Of a stretch of DNA of 64,000 nucleotides, positions 28,449 through 43,803 are shown one piece after another. The notes under the pieces are model-generated. The model saw only the letters and a program-made list of their open reading frames with translations, had not been told where the DNA came from and searched no databases. This DNA is from Verrucomicrobiota bacterium (GTDB lineage Bacteria > Verrucomicrobiota > Verrucomicrobiia > Limisphaerales > JAFGQR01), in contig JAFGQR010000138.1 in NCBI GenBank assembly GCA_016935555.1, positions 21,888 through 85,887 on the forward strand, given 5' to 3'. Numbering within the stretch: position 1 is the first letter of the stretch; each line of letters opens with the position of its first letter. A program made the position numbers and the translations under genes.

Positions 28449-28538
28449 GGAGGGGTGGCAGAGCGGTCTATCGCGACGGTCTTGAAAACCGTTATGGGTG
28501 AACACCCATCGGGGGTTCGAATCCCCCCCCCTCCGCCA
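28449..28538 (+). tRNA. tRNA-Ser (anticodon TGA), class II with long variable arm, 3' CCA encoded
   Basis: Acceptor GGAGGGG/CCCCTCC, anticodon arm ACGGT-CTTGAAA-ACCGT, variable arm TATGGGTGAACACCCATC, T arm GGGGG-TTCGAAT-CCCCC. The layout parallels E. coli serT. The D stem has one A.C mismatch. Confidence 0.85.
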
Positions 28539-28548
28539 GGAGAACATT

Positions 28549-28833
28549 GTGAACATCGAAATCATTAAGTCAGTGCTCCTGAACTGGACCACCTTCTGGG
28601 TGGTCCTCATCGGAGCCACGTTCATTTACATGTGGCGCCAGGGCCAGCTGCTGCGGCTCTCCGCGTACGTCCAGGAAACCCGCGAGGAACTCAAAAAGTG
28701 CACTTGGCCGACGTGGGATGAACTCAAAGGCGCCACCGTGGTGGTGATGATTTCCACCCTGCTCCTGGGACTGTTCACCGTGGGTGTGGATTATGTGCTC
28801 GTCATCATCGTCAGCTGGGTCACCAAGATCTAA
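28549..28833 (+). CDS. secE: Preprotein translocase subunit SecE
   Basis: C-terminal part AYVQETREELKKCTWPTWDELKGATVVVMISTLLLGLFTVGVDYVL is canonical SecE. GTG 28549 has AGGAG 6 nt upstream (28538-42). The ORF-track start at 28498 lies inside tRNA-Ser and is rejected. ATG 28627 (MWRQ) is an alternative. Confidence 0.8.
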   Translation: MNIEIIKSVLLNWTTFWVVLIGATFIYMWRQGQLLRLSAYVQETREELKKCTWPTWDELKGATVVVMISTLLLGLFTVGVDYVLVIIVSWVTKI

Positions 28834-28847
28834 CCCGCCCAGGTCCC

Positions 28848-29396
28848 ATGCGCACCCAATGGTTCGTCATCCACACCCTTTCCGGCCAGGAACACAGGGT
28901 CAAGGAAAGCATTGAAAAACGACTCAAAGCCGAGGAAATGAGCGGCTACATCAACGAAGTGCTTCTCCCCATGGAAAAAGTCGCCGAGGTCCGCGGCGGC
29001 AAAAAGAGCGTCAGCACCCGGAAACTGTTTCCGGGCTACGTCTTCATCAACATGGCGCTCCTCGACGACAACAACCGCGTCATCGAGCGCCCGTGGTACT
29101 TCATCCGCGACACCCCGGGCATCATCGGCTTCGTCGGCGGCGACCGCCCCGCCCCCACCCCCCAGGAAGAGATCGAATCCATCAAGAGCAAGATCGCGGA
29201 ATCGGAGGAAACCGAACGCCCGAAAGTCGAGTTCGAGGTCGGGGAGACGGTCAAGATCAACGACGGGCCGTTTTTGAACTTCAGCGGCATCATTGAGGAA
29301 ATCGACCCCGCGCGGGGCAAGCTGAAGGTGACCGTGAACATCTTCGGCCGCAACACGCCGGTGGAACTGGAGTATTGGCAGGTCGAAAAAGCATAG
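28848..29396 (+). CDS. nusG: Transcription termination/antitermination factor NusG
   Basis: WFVIHTLSGQEHRVKESIE..., KLFPGYVFINM, and the KOW motif FEVGETVKINDGPFLNFSGIIEEID. 182 aa. Confidence 0.95.
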   Translation: MRTQWFVIHTLSGQEHRVKESIEKRLKAEEMSGYINEVLLPMEKVAEVRGGKKSVSTRKLFPGYVFINMALLDDNNRVIERPWYFIRDTPGIIGFVGGDRPAPTPQEEIESIKSKIAESEETERPKVEFEVGETVKINDGPFLNFSGIIEEIDPARGKLKVTVNIFGRNTPVELEYWQVEKA

Positions 29397-29414
29397 CCTT
29401 CATTGTAGCGATTT

Positions 29415-29840
29415 ATGGCGAAAAAAGTCACCGGCATCATCAAACTGCAAATCCCCGGCGGCCAGGCCAACCCCGCCCCGCCCGTCGGCCCCGCCCTGGG
29501 CCAGCACGGCGTCAACATCATGGCCTTCTGCAAGGAGTTCAACGCCCGCACCAAGGCGGATGCCGGCCTCGTCATCCCGGTCGTCATCACCGTCTACCAG
29601 GACAAGTCCTTCACGTTCATCACCAAATCGCCCCCCGCCGCCGTGCTGCTCAAAAAAGCCGCCAGCCTCGCCTCCGGCTCCAAACAGCCCAACAAGGAAA
29701 AAGTCGGCAAGGTCACCCGCAAACAGGTCATGGACATCATCAAACTCAAACAGAAGGATCTCAACGCCGCCAGCGACGACGCTGCCTTCCGCATCATCGC
29801 CGGCACCGCCCGCAGCATGGGCATCGACATCACCGACTAA
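29415..29840 (+). CDS. rplK: 50S ribosomal protein L11
   Basis: [44 protein letters not shown]. 141 aa. Confidence 0.97.
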   Translation: MAKKVTGIIKLQIPGGQANPAPPVGPALGQHGVNIMAFCKEFNARTKADAGLVIPVVITVYQDKSFTFITKSPPAAVLLKKAASLASGSKQPNKEKVGKVTRKQVMDIIKLKQKDLNAASDDAAFRIIAGTARSMGIDITD

Positions 29841-29890
29841 ACCCCCAACCGCGGGAGAGCCCGCCGCTCGCCAGCACCGCAACCCATCAC

Positions 29891-30589
29891 ATGCCCAGCA
29901 AACGATACACAAAAGCCCTCGCATTGGTCGACTCCGGCAAGTCCTACAGCCTCGAAGCCGCCGTCGACCTGCTCCTCAAATTCCCCAAAGCCAAGTTCAA
30001 CGAAAGCGTCGAACTGGCCTTCCGCCTGGGCGTCGACCCCAAACAGTCCGACCAGATGGTCCGCGGCACCGTGCCCCTCCCGCATGGCAGCGGCAAAACC
30101 GTCCGCGTCCTGGTGTTCGCCAAAAGCGGCGCGGCGGCCGACGCGGCCAAGGCGGCCGGCGCGGAGTATGTCGGGTTCGAGGACATGGTGAAAAAATGCC
30201 AGGAAGGCTGGACCGATTTCGACATCGCCATCGCCACGCCCGAAGCCATGGCCGAAGTCCGCAAGCTGGGCAAAGTGCTCGGCCCGCGCGGCCTGATGCC
30301 CAACCCGAAAACGGGCACGGTCACCGACGACACCGCCAAGGCGGTCAAGGAAGTCAAGGCGGGCCGCGTCGAATTCAAGATCGACAAGGCCGGCAACGTC
30401 CATGTCCCCGTCGGAAAAACCAGCTTCCAGCCCGCCCAAATCGTCGAAAACGCACGCTCCGTCATCGACGCGGTCACCAAGGCGCGCCCTCAGAGCGCCC
30501 GCGGCCAATACATTCAGAGCTGCACACTCTCCGCCACCATGAGTCCACCCGTGCGGCTGGACTTCAAGACCTTCGCCAAAGCCGCCTAG
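29891..30589 (+). CDS. rplA: 50S ribosomal protein L1
   Basis: Internal ATG of ORF 29375..30589. MPSKRYTKALALVD..., FNESVELAFRLGVDPKQSDQMVRGTVPLPHGSGK, LGPRGLMPNPKTGTVT. 232 aa. Confidence 0.95.
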   Translation: MPSKRYTKALALVDSGKSYSLEAAVDLLLKFPKAKFNESVELAFRLGVDPKQSDQMVRGTVPLPHGSGKTVRVLVFAKSGAAADAAKAAGAEYVGFEDMVKKCQEGWTDFDIAIATPEAMAEVRKLGKVLGPRGLMPNPKTGTVTDDTAKAVKEVKAGRVEFKIDKAGNVHVPVGKTSFQPAQIVENARSVIDAVTKARPQSARGQYIQSCTLSATMSPPVRLDFKTFAKAA

Positions 30590-30619
30590 TGCCCGGCCCC
30601 CACTCTGCCCCCACTGATT

Positions 30620-31129
30620 ATGCGCGCCGAAAAACACAGTATCACCCGGGAATACCTCCAACAGCTCAACGCCTCGCCGTTCTTCATCGTCCTCAATTAC
30701 CAGGGCCTGAAAGTCGGCCCCATCAGTGAACTGCGCACGCGCCTCCGCCACGCCGGGTGCGCCATGCACGTCGTCAAAAACTCCCTCTTCCGCCTCGCCG
30801 TCAAAGAAACCGGCATCGCCGACCTCGGCGACGGCCTCGCCGGCCAATTGGCCGTCGTCACCGGCACCAAGGACGTCTCCGTCGCCGCCAAGATTCTCAA
30901 GGCGTTCCGCGCGGAATTTGACAAGCCCGACCTCCATTTCGGCTACCTGAACAACGAACGGCTCGACCCGGCTGCCATCCAGACCCTGGCCGACCTGCCC
31001 GCCCCGGAAGTGCTGCGCGCGCGCTTTCTGGCTCTGCTCAACACTCCGGCCGGCAGCCTGGTCCGCCTGCTCAACACCCCCGCCTCGCAACTCGCCAGGG
31101 TCTTGCAGGCCAAGGCGGACAAAACCTGA
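30620..31129 (+). CDS. rplJ: 50S ribosomal protein L10
   Basis: Position between rplA and rplL. LRTRLRHAGCAMHVVKNSLFRLA is an L10 signature. 169 aa. Confidence 0.9.
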   Translation: MRAEKHSITREYLQQLNASPFFIVLNYQGLKVGPISELRTRLRHAGCAMHVVKNSLFRLAVKETGIADLGDGLAGQLAVVTGTKDVSVAAKILKAFRAEFDKPDLHFGYLNNERLDPAAIQTLADLPAPEVLRARFLALLNTPAGSLVRLLNTPASQLARVLQAKADKT

Positions 31130-31171
31130 CATCAACCCCTTTCCGCCCTCCCCCTCGGCGGGCAGACGGAA

Positions 31172-31201
31172 GCAACAGCAACCGCAACAGCAACAACAAC
31201 C
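31172..31201 (+). promoter_or_regulatory. CA-rich hexamer run (GCAACA GCAACC GCAACA GCAACA ACAACC) in the unusually long rplJ-rplL spacer; possible unstructured translational-enhancer leader
   Basis: Read directly from the sequence. The rplJ stop (31129) to rplL ATG (31283) spacer is 153 nt. The function is inference only. Confidence 0.3.
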
Positions 31202-31282
31202 CTCAACAAGTAAATCGTCGGCTCGCGGGCCGTGAGCTCAAACCATCCGTGGCCGCGGATGACGACGAGACGAAAGACAACC

Positions 31283-31672
31283 ATGGCACTGGACAAGACC
31301 AAAATCGTGGAAGAACTGAGCAATGCGACGGTGATGGAAATCGCGGCATTGGTGAAGGAACTGGAAGAGAAATGGGGCGTCAGCGCCGCCGCGCCCGTGG
31401 CCGTCGCGGCCGCCCCGGCCGCGGGCGCCGCCGCCGCGCCCGCGGCGGAAGCGCAGACCCATTTCGACGTCATTCTGGAATCCCTCCCGCCGGAGAAGAA
31501 AATTGCCGTCATCAAGGCGGTGCGGGAGGTCAAAGCCGGCCTCGGGTTGGCCGAAGCCAAGGCCCTCGTCGAAGGCGCGCCCAAGCCCGTGCTCGAAGGG
31601 GCGCCCAAGGAAGAGGCCGAGGCGGCCAAGAAGAAACTCGAGGATGTGGGCGCCAAAGTCACGCTCAAGTAA
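31283..31672 (+). CDS. rplL: 50S ribosomal protein L7/L12
   Basis: Internal [36 protein letters not shown], an Ala-rich hinge, and [57 protein letters not shown]. 129 aa. Confidence 0.97.
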   Translation: MALDKTKIVEELSNATVMEIAALVKELEEKWGVSAAAPVAVAAAPAAGAAAAPAAEAQTHFDVILESLPPEKKIAVIKAVREVKAGLGLAEAKALVEGAPKPVLEGAPKEEAEAAKKKLEDVGAKVTLK

Positions 31673-31684
31673 CCGATGTCACCC

Positions 31685-31729
31685 GCGCCGGGCCGCGGCT
31701 TGGGTCCGCCGGCCCGGCGCTGTCTTTTC
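31685..31729 (+). terminator. Intrinsic terminator/attenuator between rplL and rpoB
   Basis: Perfect 11-bp stem GCGCCGGGCCG (31685-31695) / CGGCCCGGCGC (31710-31720), followed by TGTCTTTTC. The position is equivalent to the known rplL-rpoB attenuator of other bacteria. Confidence 0.75.
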
Positions 31730-31887
31730 GACGATCCAACGAGACGAAACACGACACACGATCTCAGGACACCCGCCATCCATGAGGCGTTCGGGCAGGC
31801 ACCCCCGTGCGGCGGGGCGCTTGCCTCGTGTCGTCCAATCGCAACCAGGGGCCGGACCAGCCGCCGGCCAAGTGTCTAGGAACCAAC

Positions 31888-35742
<3,855 letters not shown>

Positions 35743-35779
35743 TTCCCCCCACCCGCGCAACCGCCACTCGACGCTGATT

Positions 35780-39925
<4,146 letters not shown>

Positions 39926-40012
39926 AGTCCTTGACCCGGAAAAGACGTTGCTCGCACATCAAGTTTGTGCGCTGCAAGGCGCAAGTTGCGGGGCGGTCGT
40001 CAAGAACTCTAT

Positions 40013-40072
40013 CCCGCCGCTGCGCGGCGGGTTCCATGCCATCGTCGGAACAAAACCGCGCAGCGGTTTTGT
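40013..40072 (+). terminator. Terminator cassette (repeat family 2), copy 2, downstream of rpoC
   Basis: GC hairpin CCCGCCG-ctgcg-CGGCGGG (40013-40031), spacer TTCCATGCCATCGTCGGA, then ACAAAACCGC-gca-GCGGTTTTGT (40050-72). This is a perfect 10-bp stem flanked by an A-tract and a T-tract, i.e. bidirectional-terminator geometry. Its reverse complement matches about 60 nt at 47272-47335 at roughly nine positions in ten by hand alignment. Confidence 0.65.
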
Positions 40073-40154
40073 GCTAGGCTAGGGCAACCCGGACTGCCCG
40101 GCGCACCGGCTCCGCGCGTCGATCCGGGCCACCGGCGCAAGGGACCCTTCCCAC

Positions 40155-40189
40155 AATTTCAATTTTCAATTTGCAATTGCCAATTACAC
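40155..40189. repeat. AT-rich 7-bp-periodic array AATTTCA ATTTTCA ATTTGCA ATTGCCA ATTACAC
   Basis: Read directly from the sequence. Its reverse complement (..TGCAAAT TGAAAAT TGAAATT) resembles the array at 13815-13849. It lies in the convergent spacer between rpoC and the FG-GAP gene. Confidence 0.65.
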
Positions 40190-40192
40190 ACG

Positions 40193-40236
40193 CCGGTTCA
40201 TGGCTCCGATGCGCGCAAGGTCTTCCCATGAACCGG
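40193..40236 (-). terminator. Strong hairpin downstream of the FG-GAP gene (possible terminator or RNA stabiliser)
   Basis: Perfect 11-bp inverted repeat CCGGTTCATGG (40193-40203) / CCATGAACCGG (40226-40236) with a 22-nt loop. On the minus strand it is followed by the AT/U-rich heptad array. Confidence 0.4.
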
Positions 40237-40315
40237 GCATCCACACGCCGACGGTAGGGCGAGACTCCGTCGAGCCCCAACCTGGCTTCCTTTCATGGGC
40301 ACTTCATGGGCGCGA

Positions 40316-41782
40316 TCAATACAATGTCACGTTCCGCCCCGTGCCGGGCGGCGCGGGCGGATGGGGCTTGCGGCCGCGCTCGTTCCTGTAAAGAAACACG
40401 TGGGTCATCGCCCGGGTCGTCAGCAGCACGTCGGGCACGCCGTCCCCGGTGAAGTCGCCCGTCAGCGCCAGCCGTTCCTCTCCCGCCGCGTCGTCGGCAC
40501 GTTCCATGGCCAGCGTGGCCACCCGCCGGCCGCCGCCGTCGAACAGCGCGCGCGGCTGCGCGATCAGAATCTCCGCCACGCCGTCCCCGGTCCAATCCAC
40601 CAGCGCATGGTGCCGCGCATAGTCCGTCATGATCCGCGTGTGCACCCGGCCCGCCTCGTCGAACACCCACACCGGCCCGCTGCCCCAGGGGCGATGATCG
40701 ATGTCGACCGCCATCTGCAGCCCCGGCACCCCGGCGCATATCGGGCCGACGTCCACCGACTCAAAATGCTCGCCGCCCACCTCCCAGACCGGAGTGCCGT
40801 TGCCGTCCAGCATCGCGATCCCCTTGGCGCCGCAAAACGTCATCACGTAACGCTGCTCCGCCGGCGTCCTCCCTCCGCGCACCCGCCGGAAACAGTCGCA
40901 GTGGCCGCGCCCCTGGTCCAGCGTCCGGGACCGATACACCCAGCGCGTCGACCCGTCGCCGCTGAGCATCGCATAGCCCGCCATCACCTCGTCGCGCCCG
41001 TCGCCGTCCAGGTCCACGGGCACGGGCTGGTGCGCGGTGCGATAGCCGCCGGGATCGCGGACCGTCCACAGGATGCACCCCTCGTGGTCCAGCGCCCAAA
41101 TCTGCGTGTAGCGGGTTTTGACCAGCACGTCTGCCGCGCGCGATCCGCCGGTGAGGTTGGCAAAAACGAGGCAGTCCGTGGCGTCCTTGGGCAGCGGCAG
41201 CCGGCGCTTCTCCCGCCCGGTGGCGCCCTCCAGCTCGACGAGAAACCCCTCGGTGCACAGCACAACCTCCTGGCGGCCGTCCCCGTCCCAGTCCTCAATC
41301 TGGCAGGCCACATCGTGGTGCAGTTCCTTGCGGCCGATGGCGGGATTGCCCCAGCGCCACAGCACGGTGCCGTCCAGCCGCTGCGCCGCCACCGCGCTCG
41401 TGAAGTGCACGTCGCCCCGGTTCACGTTGCGCGCGCTGACAATCTCCACCGCGCCGTCGCCGTCCACGTCCCCCGCCACCACCCACGCGCCCGCGCAGGC
41501 CGGGTCCAGCGCAATCCGTCGCCACGGCTCGACCACCGGCACGGCAGGCGAAGCCGCGTCTTCGGCGCCAAGGCCCGACCCTGGCGGCAAGAGGCTTCCC
41601 AGCAGCGCCAAACACCCGAATACGCCCCTCCGCCGAAACCACGCAGGGCGGGCAGAGCGCGGTGTCCCCACCGCGCCGGCGCGCGGGCCCGCAGAGGAGA
41701 TGGGGGGTGGGCGCCGGGCGATGAGGGCGCACGGTCCCGGGCTTTCATGCCAATCGCCATGCCGAACGCGTGGGGAATTCAT
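40316..41782 (-). CDS. Secreted FG-GAP/VCBS-repeat beta-propeller protein
   Basis: Repeated Ca-binding-like DxDGDG motifs (AGDVDGDGAVEIV, IEDWDGDGRQEVV, VDLDGDGRDEVM, DWTGDGVAEIL, GDFTGDGVPDVL). Start taken at ATG 41782 (MNSPRVRH..), which precedes WFRRRGVFGCLALLGSLLPPGSGLGA, a signal-like segment that may be Tat-type. ORF-track start 41989 is discussed in the findings. Confidence 0.75.
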   Translation of the reverse strand: MNSPRVRHGDWHESPGPCALIARRPPPISSAGPRAGAVGTPRSARPAWFRRRGVFGCLALLGSLLPPGSGLGAEDAASPAVPVVEPWRRIALDPACAGAWVVAGDVDGDGAVEIVSARNVNRGDVHFTSAVAAQRLDGTVLWRWGNPAIGRKELHHDVACQIEDWDGDGRQEVVLCTEGFLVELEGATGREKRRLPLPKDATDCLVFANLTGGSRAADVLVKTRYTQIWALDHEGCILWTVRDPGGYRTAHQPVPVDLDGDGRDEVMAGYAMLSGDGSTRWVYRSRTLDQGRGHCDCFRRVRGGRTPAEQRYVMTFCGAKGIAMLDGNGTPVWEVGGEHFESVDVGPICAGVPGLQMAVDIDHRPWGSGPVWVFDEAGRVHTRIMTDYARHHALVDWTGDGVAEILIAQPRALFDGGGRRVATLAMERADDAAGEERLALTGDFTGDGVPDVLLTTRAMTHVFLYRNERGRKPHPPAPPGTGRNVTLY

Positions 41783-42151
41783 GGAGGCACCCTGACACAA
41801 TCTCCCAGGCGGGTCAGCCCTGAAATGCGGCAATGGCCAGACGCGACCGGCCACCGGCCGGCTGCTGGCGCCCACATGCCGGGCCAGGTGGTCTCTGAGA
41901 AACGCCAGCGCGCCTTGCGGATGGTGCCCCACCGGGCTGTAACGCTTGCGCAGCGGGTTCGCCTCGTCGGCGGGATAAATTCCCAGCATGACGGGATGCG
42001 CATCGCCCTACCGGAGTTGCCCTGCCTTCGGCGTGGGGAAGCGCGGTTCCTGGAAAACGTCGCCGGGCGGTGTTTTCTCGCGACAACCGATCGAAAATAT
42101 TTAGAGTATTCAAATCGCATGCAAACAGATCAAGTTTAACGGCAGTGCATC

Positions 42152-43663
42152 ATGGCGCGCTTCGGGTGGTTGGATTATTTGATTTTCGGGGCTTACCTGG
42201 CGGCCACGGTGGGGCTTGGGGTGGCGTTCACGCGGAAGCAGCGGAACATTCAGGACTATTTCCTGGCCGGGCGCAGCATGGGCCGTGTGGTGGTGGCGAT
42301 CTCCGTGCTCGCCGCGCTGTTTTCCGGCATTACTTACCTGGGCGCGCCGGGGGAGGTGTATGCGCACGGCATGGCGTTCGTGCTGTTCGCGCTGAGCTTC
42401 TTCATCGCGACGCCGGTGACGACGGTGGTGGTGGTGCCGGTGTTTTTCCGGCGGCGGATCTACACGGCCTACGCGTATCTGGAGGAACGCTTCTCCCTGC
42501 CGGTGCGGCTGCTCTCGTCAGCCCTGTTCATCGTGAGGGTCTTGGTGTGGTTGTCGCTGGCAACCTACGCGCCGGCGCTGGCGCTCGAGCAGGTCACCGG
42601 CCTTCCGCTGTGGTTCACCATCCTGTGCACGGGGCTGTTGACAACGGCGTATACGACCCTGGGAGGGATGAAGGCGGTGATCTGGACCGATGTGATGCAA
42701 TTCGTCGTGCTGTTCGGCGGGCAGTTGCTGATTCTGGCCATCGCGGTCCAGCAGGTGCCGGGCGGGCTGGGGGGCGTGTATGACGTCAGCCGCGCGGCGG
42801 GCAAGCTCGATCTGAGCCTGAGCCTCGATCCCCGGGTGCGGGTGACCTTGTGGGGGCTGCTGCTGGGCGGCGCGGCGATCAACCTCGTTCAGATGGCCAC
42901 CGACCAGGTGTCCGTGCAACGGTATCTGACCGCCACCAGCCTCCGGGAGGCGCAGCGCTCGCTGTGGTTGAAGTTGTGGCTGCTGATGCCGGTCATGGCG
43001 GTGTTCTACGTGACCGGCCTCGTCATTTGGGCGTTCTACCAAGCCAAGGGCGATCCGCTCGCGGCCGGCGCCATCTCCCGCGCCGACCAGATCCTGCCCT
43101 ATTTCGTCGTGAACGAGCTGTCTGTCGGCCTGCCCGGGCTGCTGATCGCGGCCATTTACGCCGCCAGCATGTCCACCACCTCCGCCGGCATCAACGCCCT
43201 CACCACCGCCACCCTCGTCGATTTCCATCAGCGCGTGTGGCGCCGCTCCACGAACGCCGACGACCTTTCGCTGGGATTGGCGCGGTGGCTGACGGTGGGA
43301 TACGGCGTGCTGGTCATCGCGCTGGCGTTTGTGGTGTCGAAACTCGGGACGCTGCTCGAGGCCAGCAACAAGGCCATCGGCCTCGTCGGCGGCCCGCTGC
43401 TTGGACTCTTCCTGCTCGGCATCCTCAGCCGGCGCGCCACCCCCGTCGGCGCCGTGGCCGGATGGGTCGCGGGCGTGGTCGCACTGGTGCCGGTTTGTTT
43501 CCAGACCCGGGTTTCGTTCCTGTGGTACGGCGTTGTCGGGTGCGCCATCACGGTCGCGGTGGGATGGGGGATCAGCCGGTTGCTGCCGCCTCGATCGTCG
43601 GGCCCGGAGGCGGTCCGCGGCAACCGCTCACGGTCCCCGCACGGCACGGTGGAACCAGGGTGA
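42152..43663 (+). CDS. Sodium:solute symporter (SSS/SSF) family transporter
   Basis: MARFGWLDYLIFGAYLAATVGLGVAFTRKQRNIQDYFLAGRSMG, GITYLGAPGEVY, TTLGGMKAVIWTDVMQ, and about 13 hydrophobic segments. 503 aa. Confidence 0.9.
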   Translation: MARFGWLDYLIFGAYLAATVGLGVAFTRKQRNIQDYFLAGRSMGRVVVAISVLAALFSGITYLGAPGEVYAHGMAFVLFALSFFIATPVTTVVVVPVFFRRRIYTAYAYLEERFSLPVRLLSSALFIVRVLVWLSLATYAPALALEQVTGLPLWFTILCTGLLTTAYTTLGGMKAVIWTDVMQFVVLFGGQLLILAIAVQQVPGGLGGVYDVSRAAGKLDLSLSLDPRVRVTLWGLLLGGAAINLVQMATDQVSVQRYLTATSLREAQRSLWLKLWLLMPVMAVFYVTGLVIWAFYQAKGDPLAAGAISRADQILPYFVVNELSVGLPGLLIAAIYAASMSTTSAGINALTTATLVDFHQRVWRRSTNADDLSLGLARWLTVGYGVLVIALAFVVSKLGTLLEASNKAIGLVGGPLLGLFLLGILSRRATPVGAVAGWVAGVVALVPVCFQTRVSFLWYGVVGCAITVAVGWGISRLLPPRSSGPEAVRGNRSRSPHGTVEPG

Positions 43664-43803
43664 ACGCGTTCACCCAGAGGCAGGCCCCATCGACCGGGAA
43701 CATCTGTCGCGGGCCTGCACGACCACCTCCACGATCCAGCGATTGGGCTCGGACGGGGGATGGACGAACGGAGTCTATGCGTCCAGGACAAGAGTTCACC
43801 ACC

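Noticed and set aside
28449-28538. Class II tRNA considered as tRNA-Sec (selenocysteine)
   Set aside because: The anticodon loop is CTTGAAA, giving anticodon TGA (Ser, codon UCA), not TCA. The acceptor stem is the normal 7 bp, and the layout parallels E. coli serT.
39947-40082. Small ORFs ending in a conserved peptide (..PPLRGGFHAIVGTKPRSGFVLG after rpoC; ..PPRGGFHAMFGTKARSGFVQ.. at 47244-47340 minus; ..AAVHVGSKPGSGFA at 23488-23540 minus)
   Set aside because: The peptide similarity simply reflects about 80-90% nucleotide identity of the terminator cassette. The conserved parts are the two hairpin stems, and stem changes preserve pairing rather than amino acids. The three copies have no consistent start codon or RBS.
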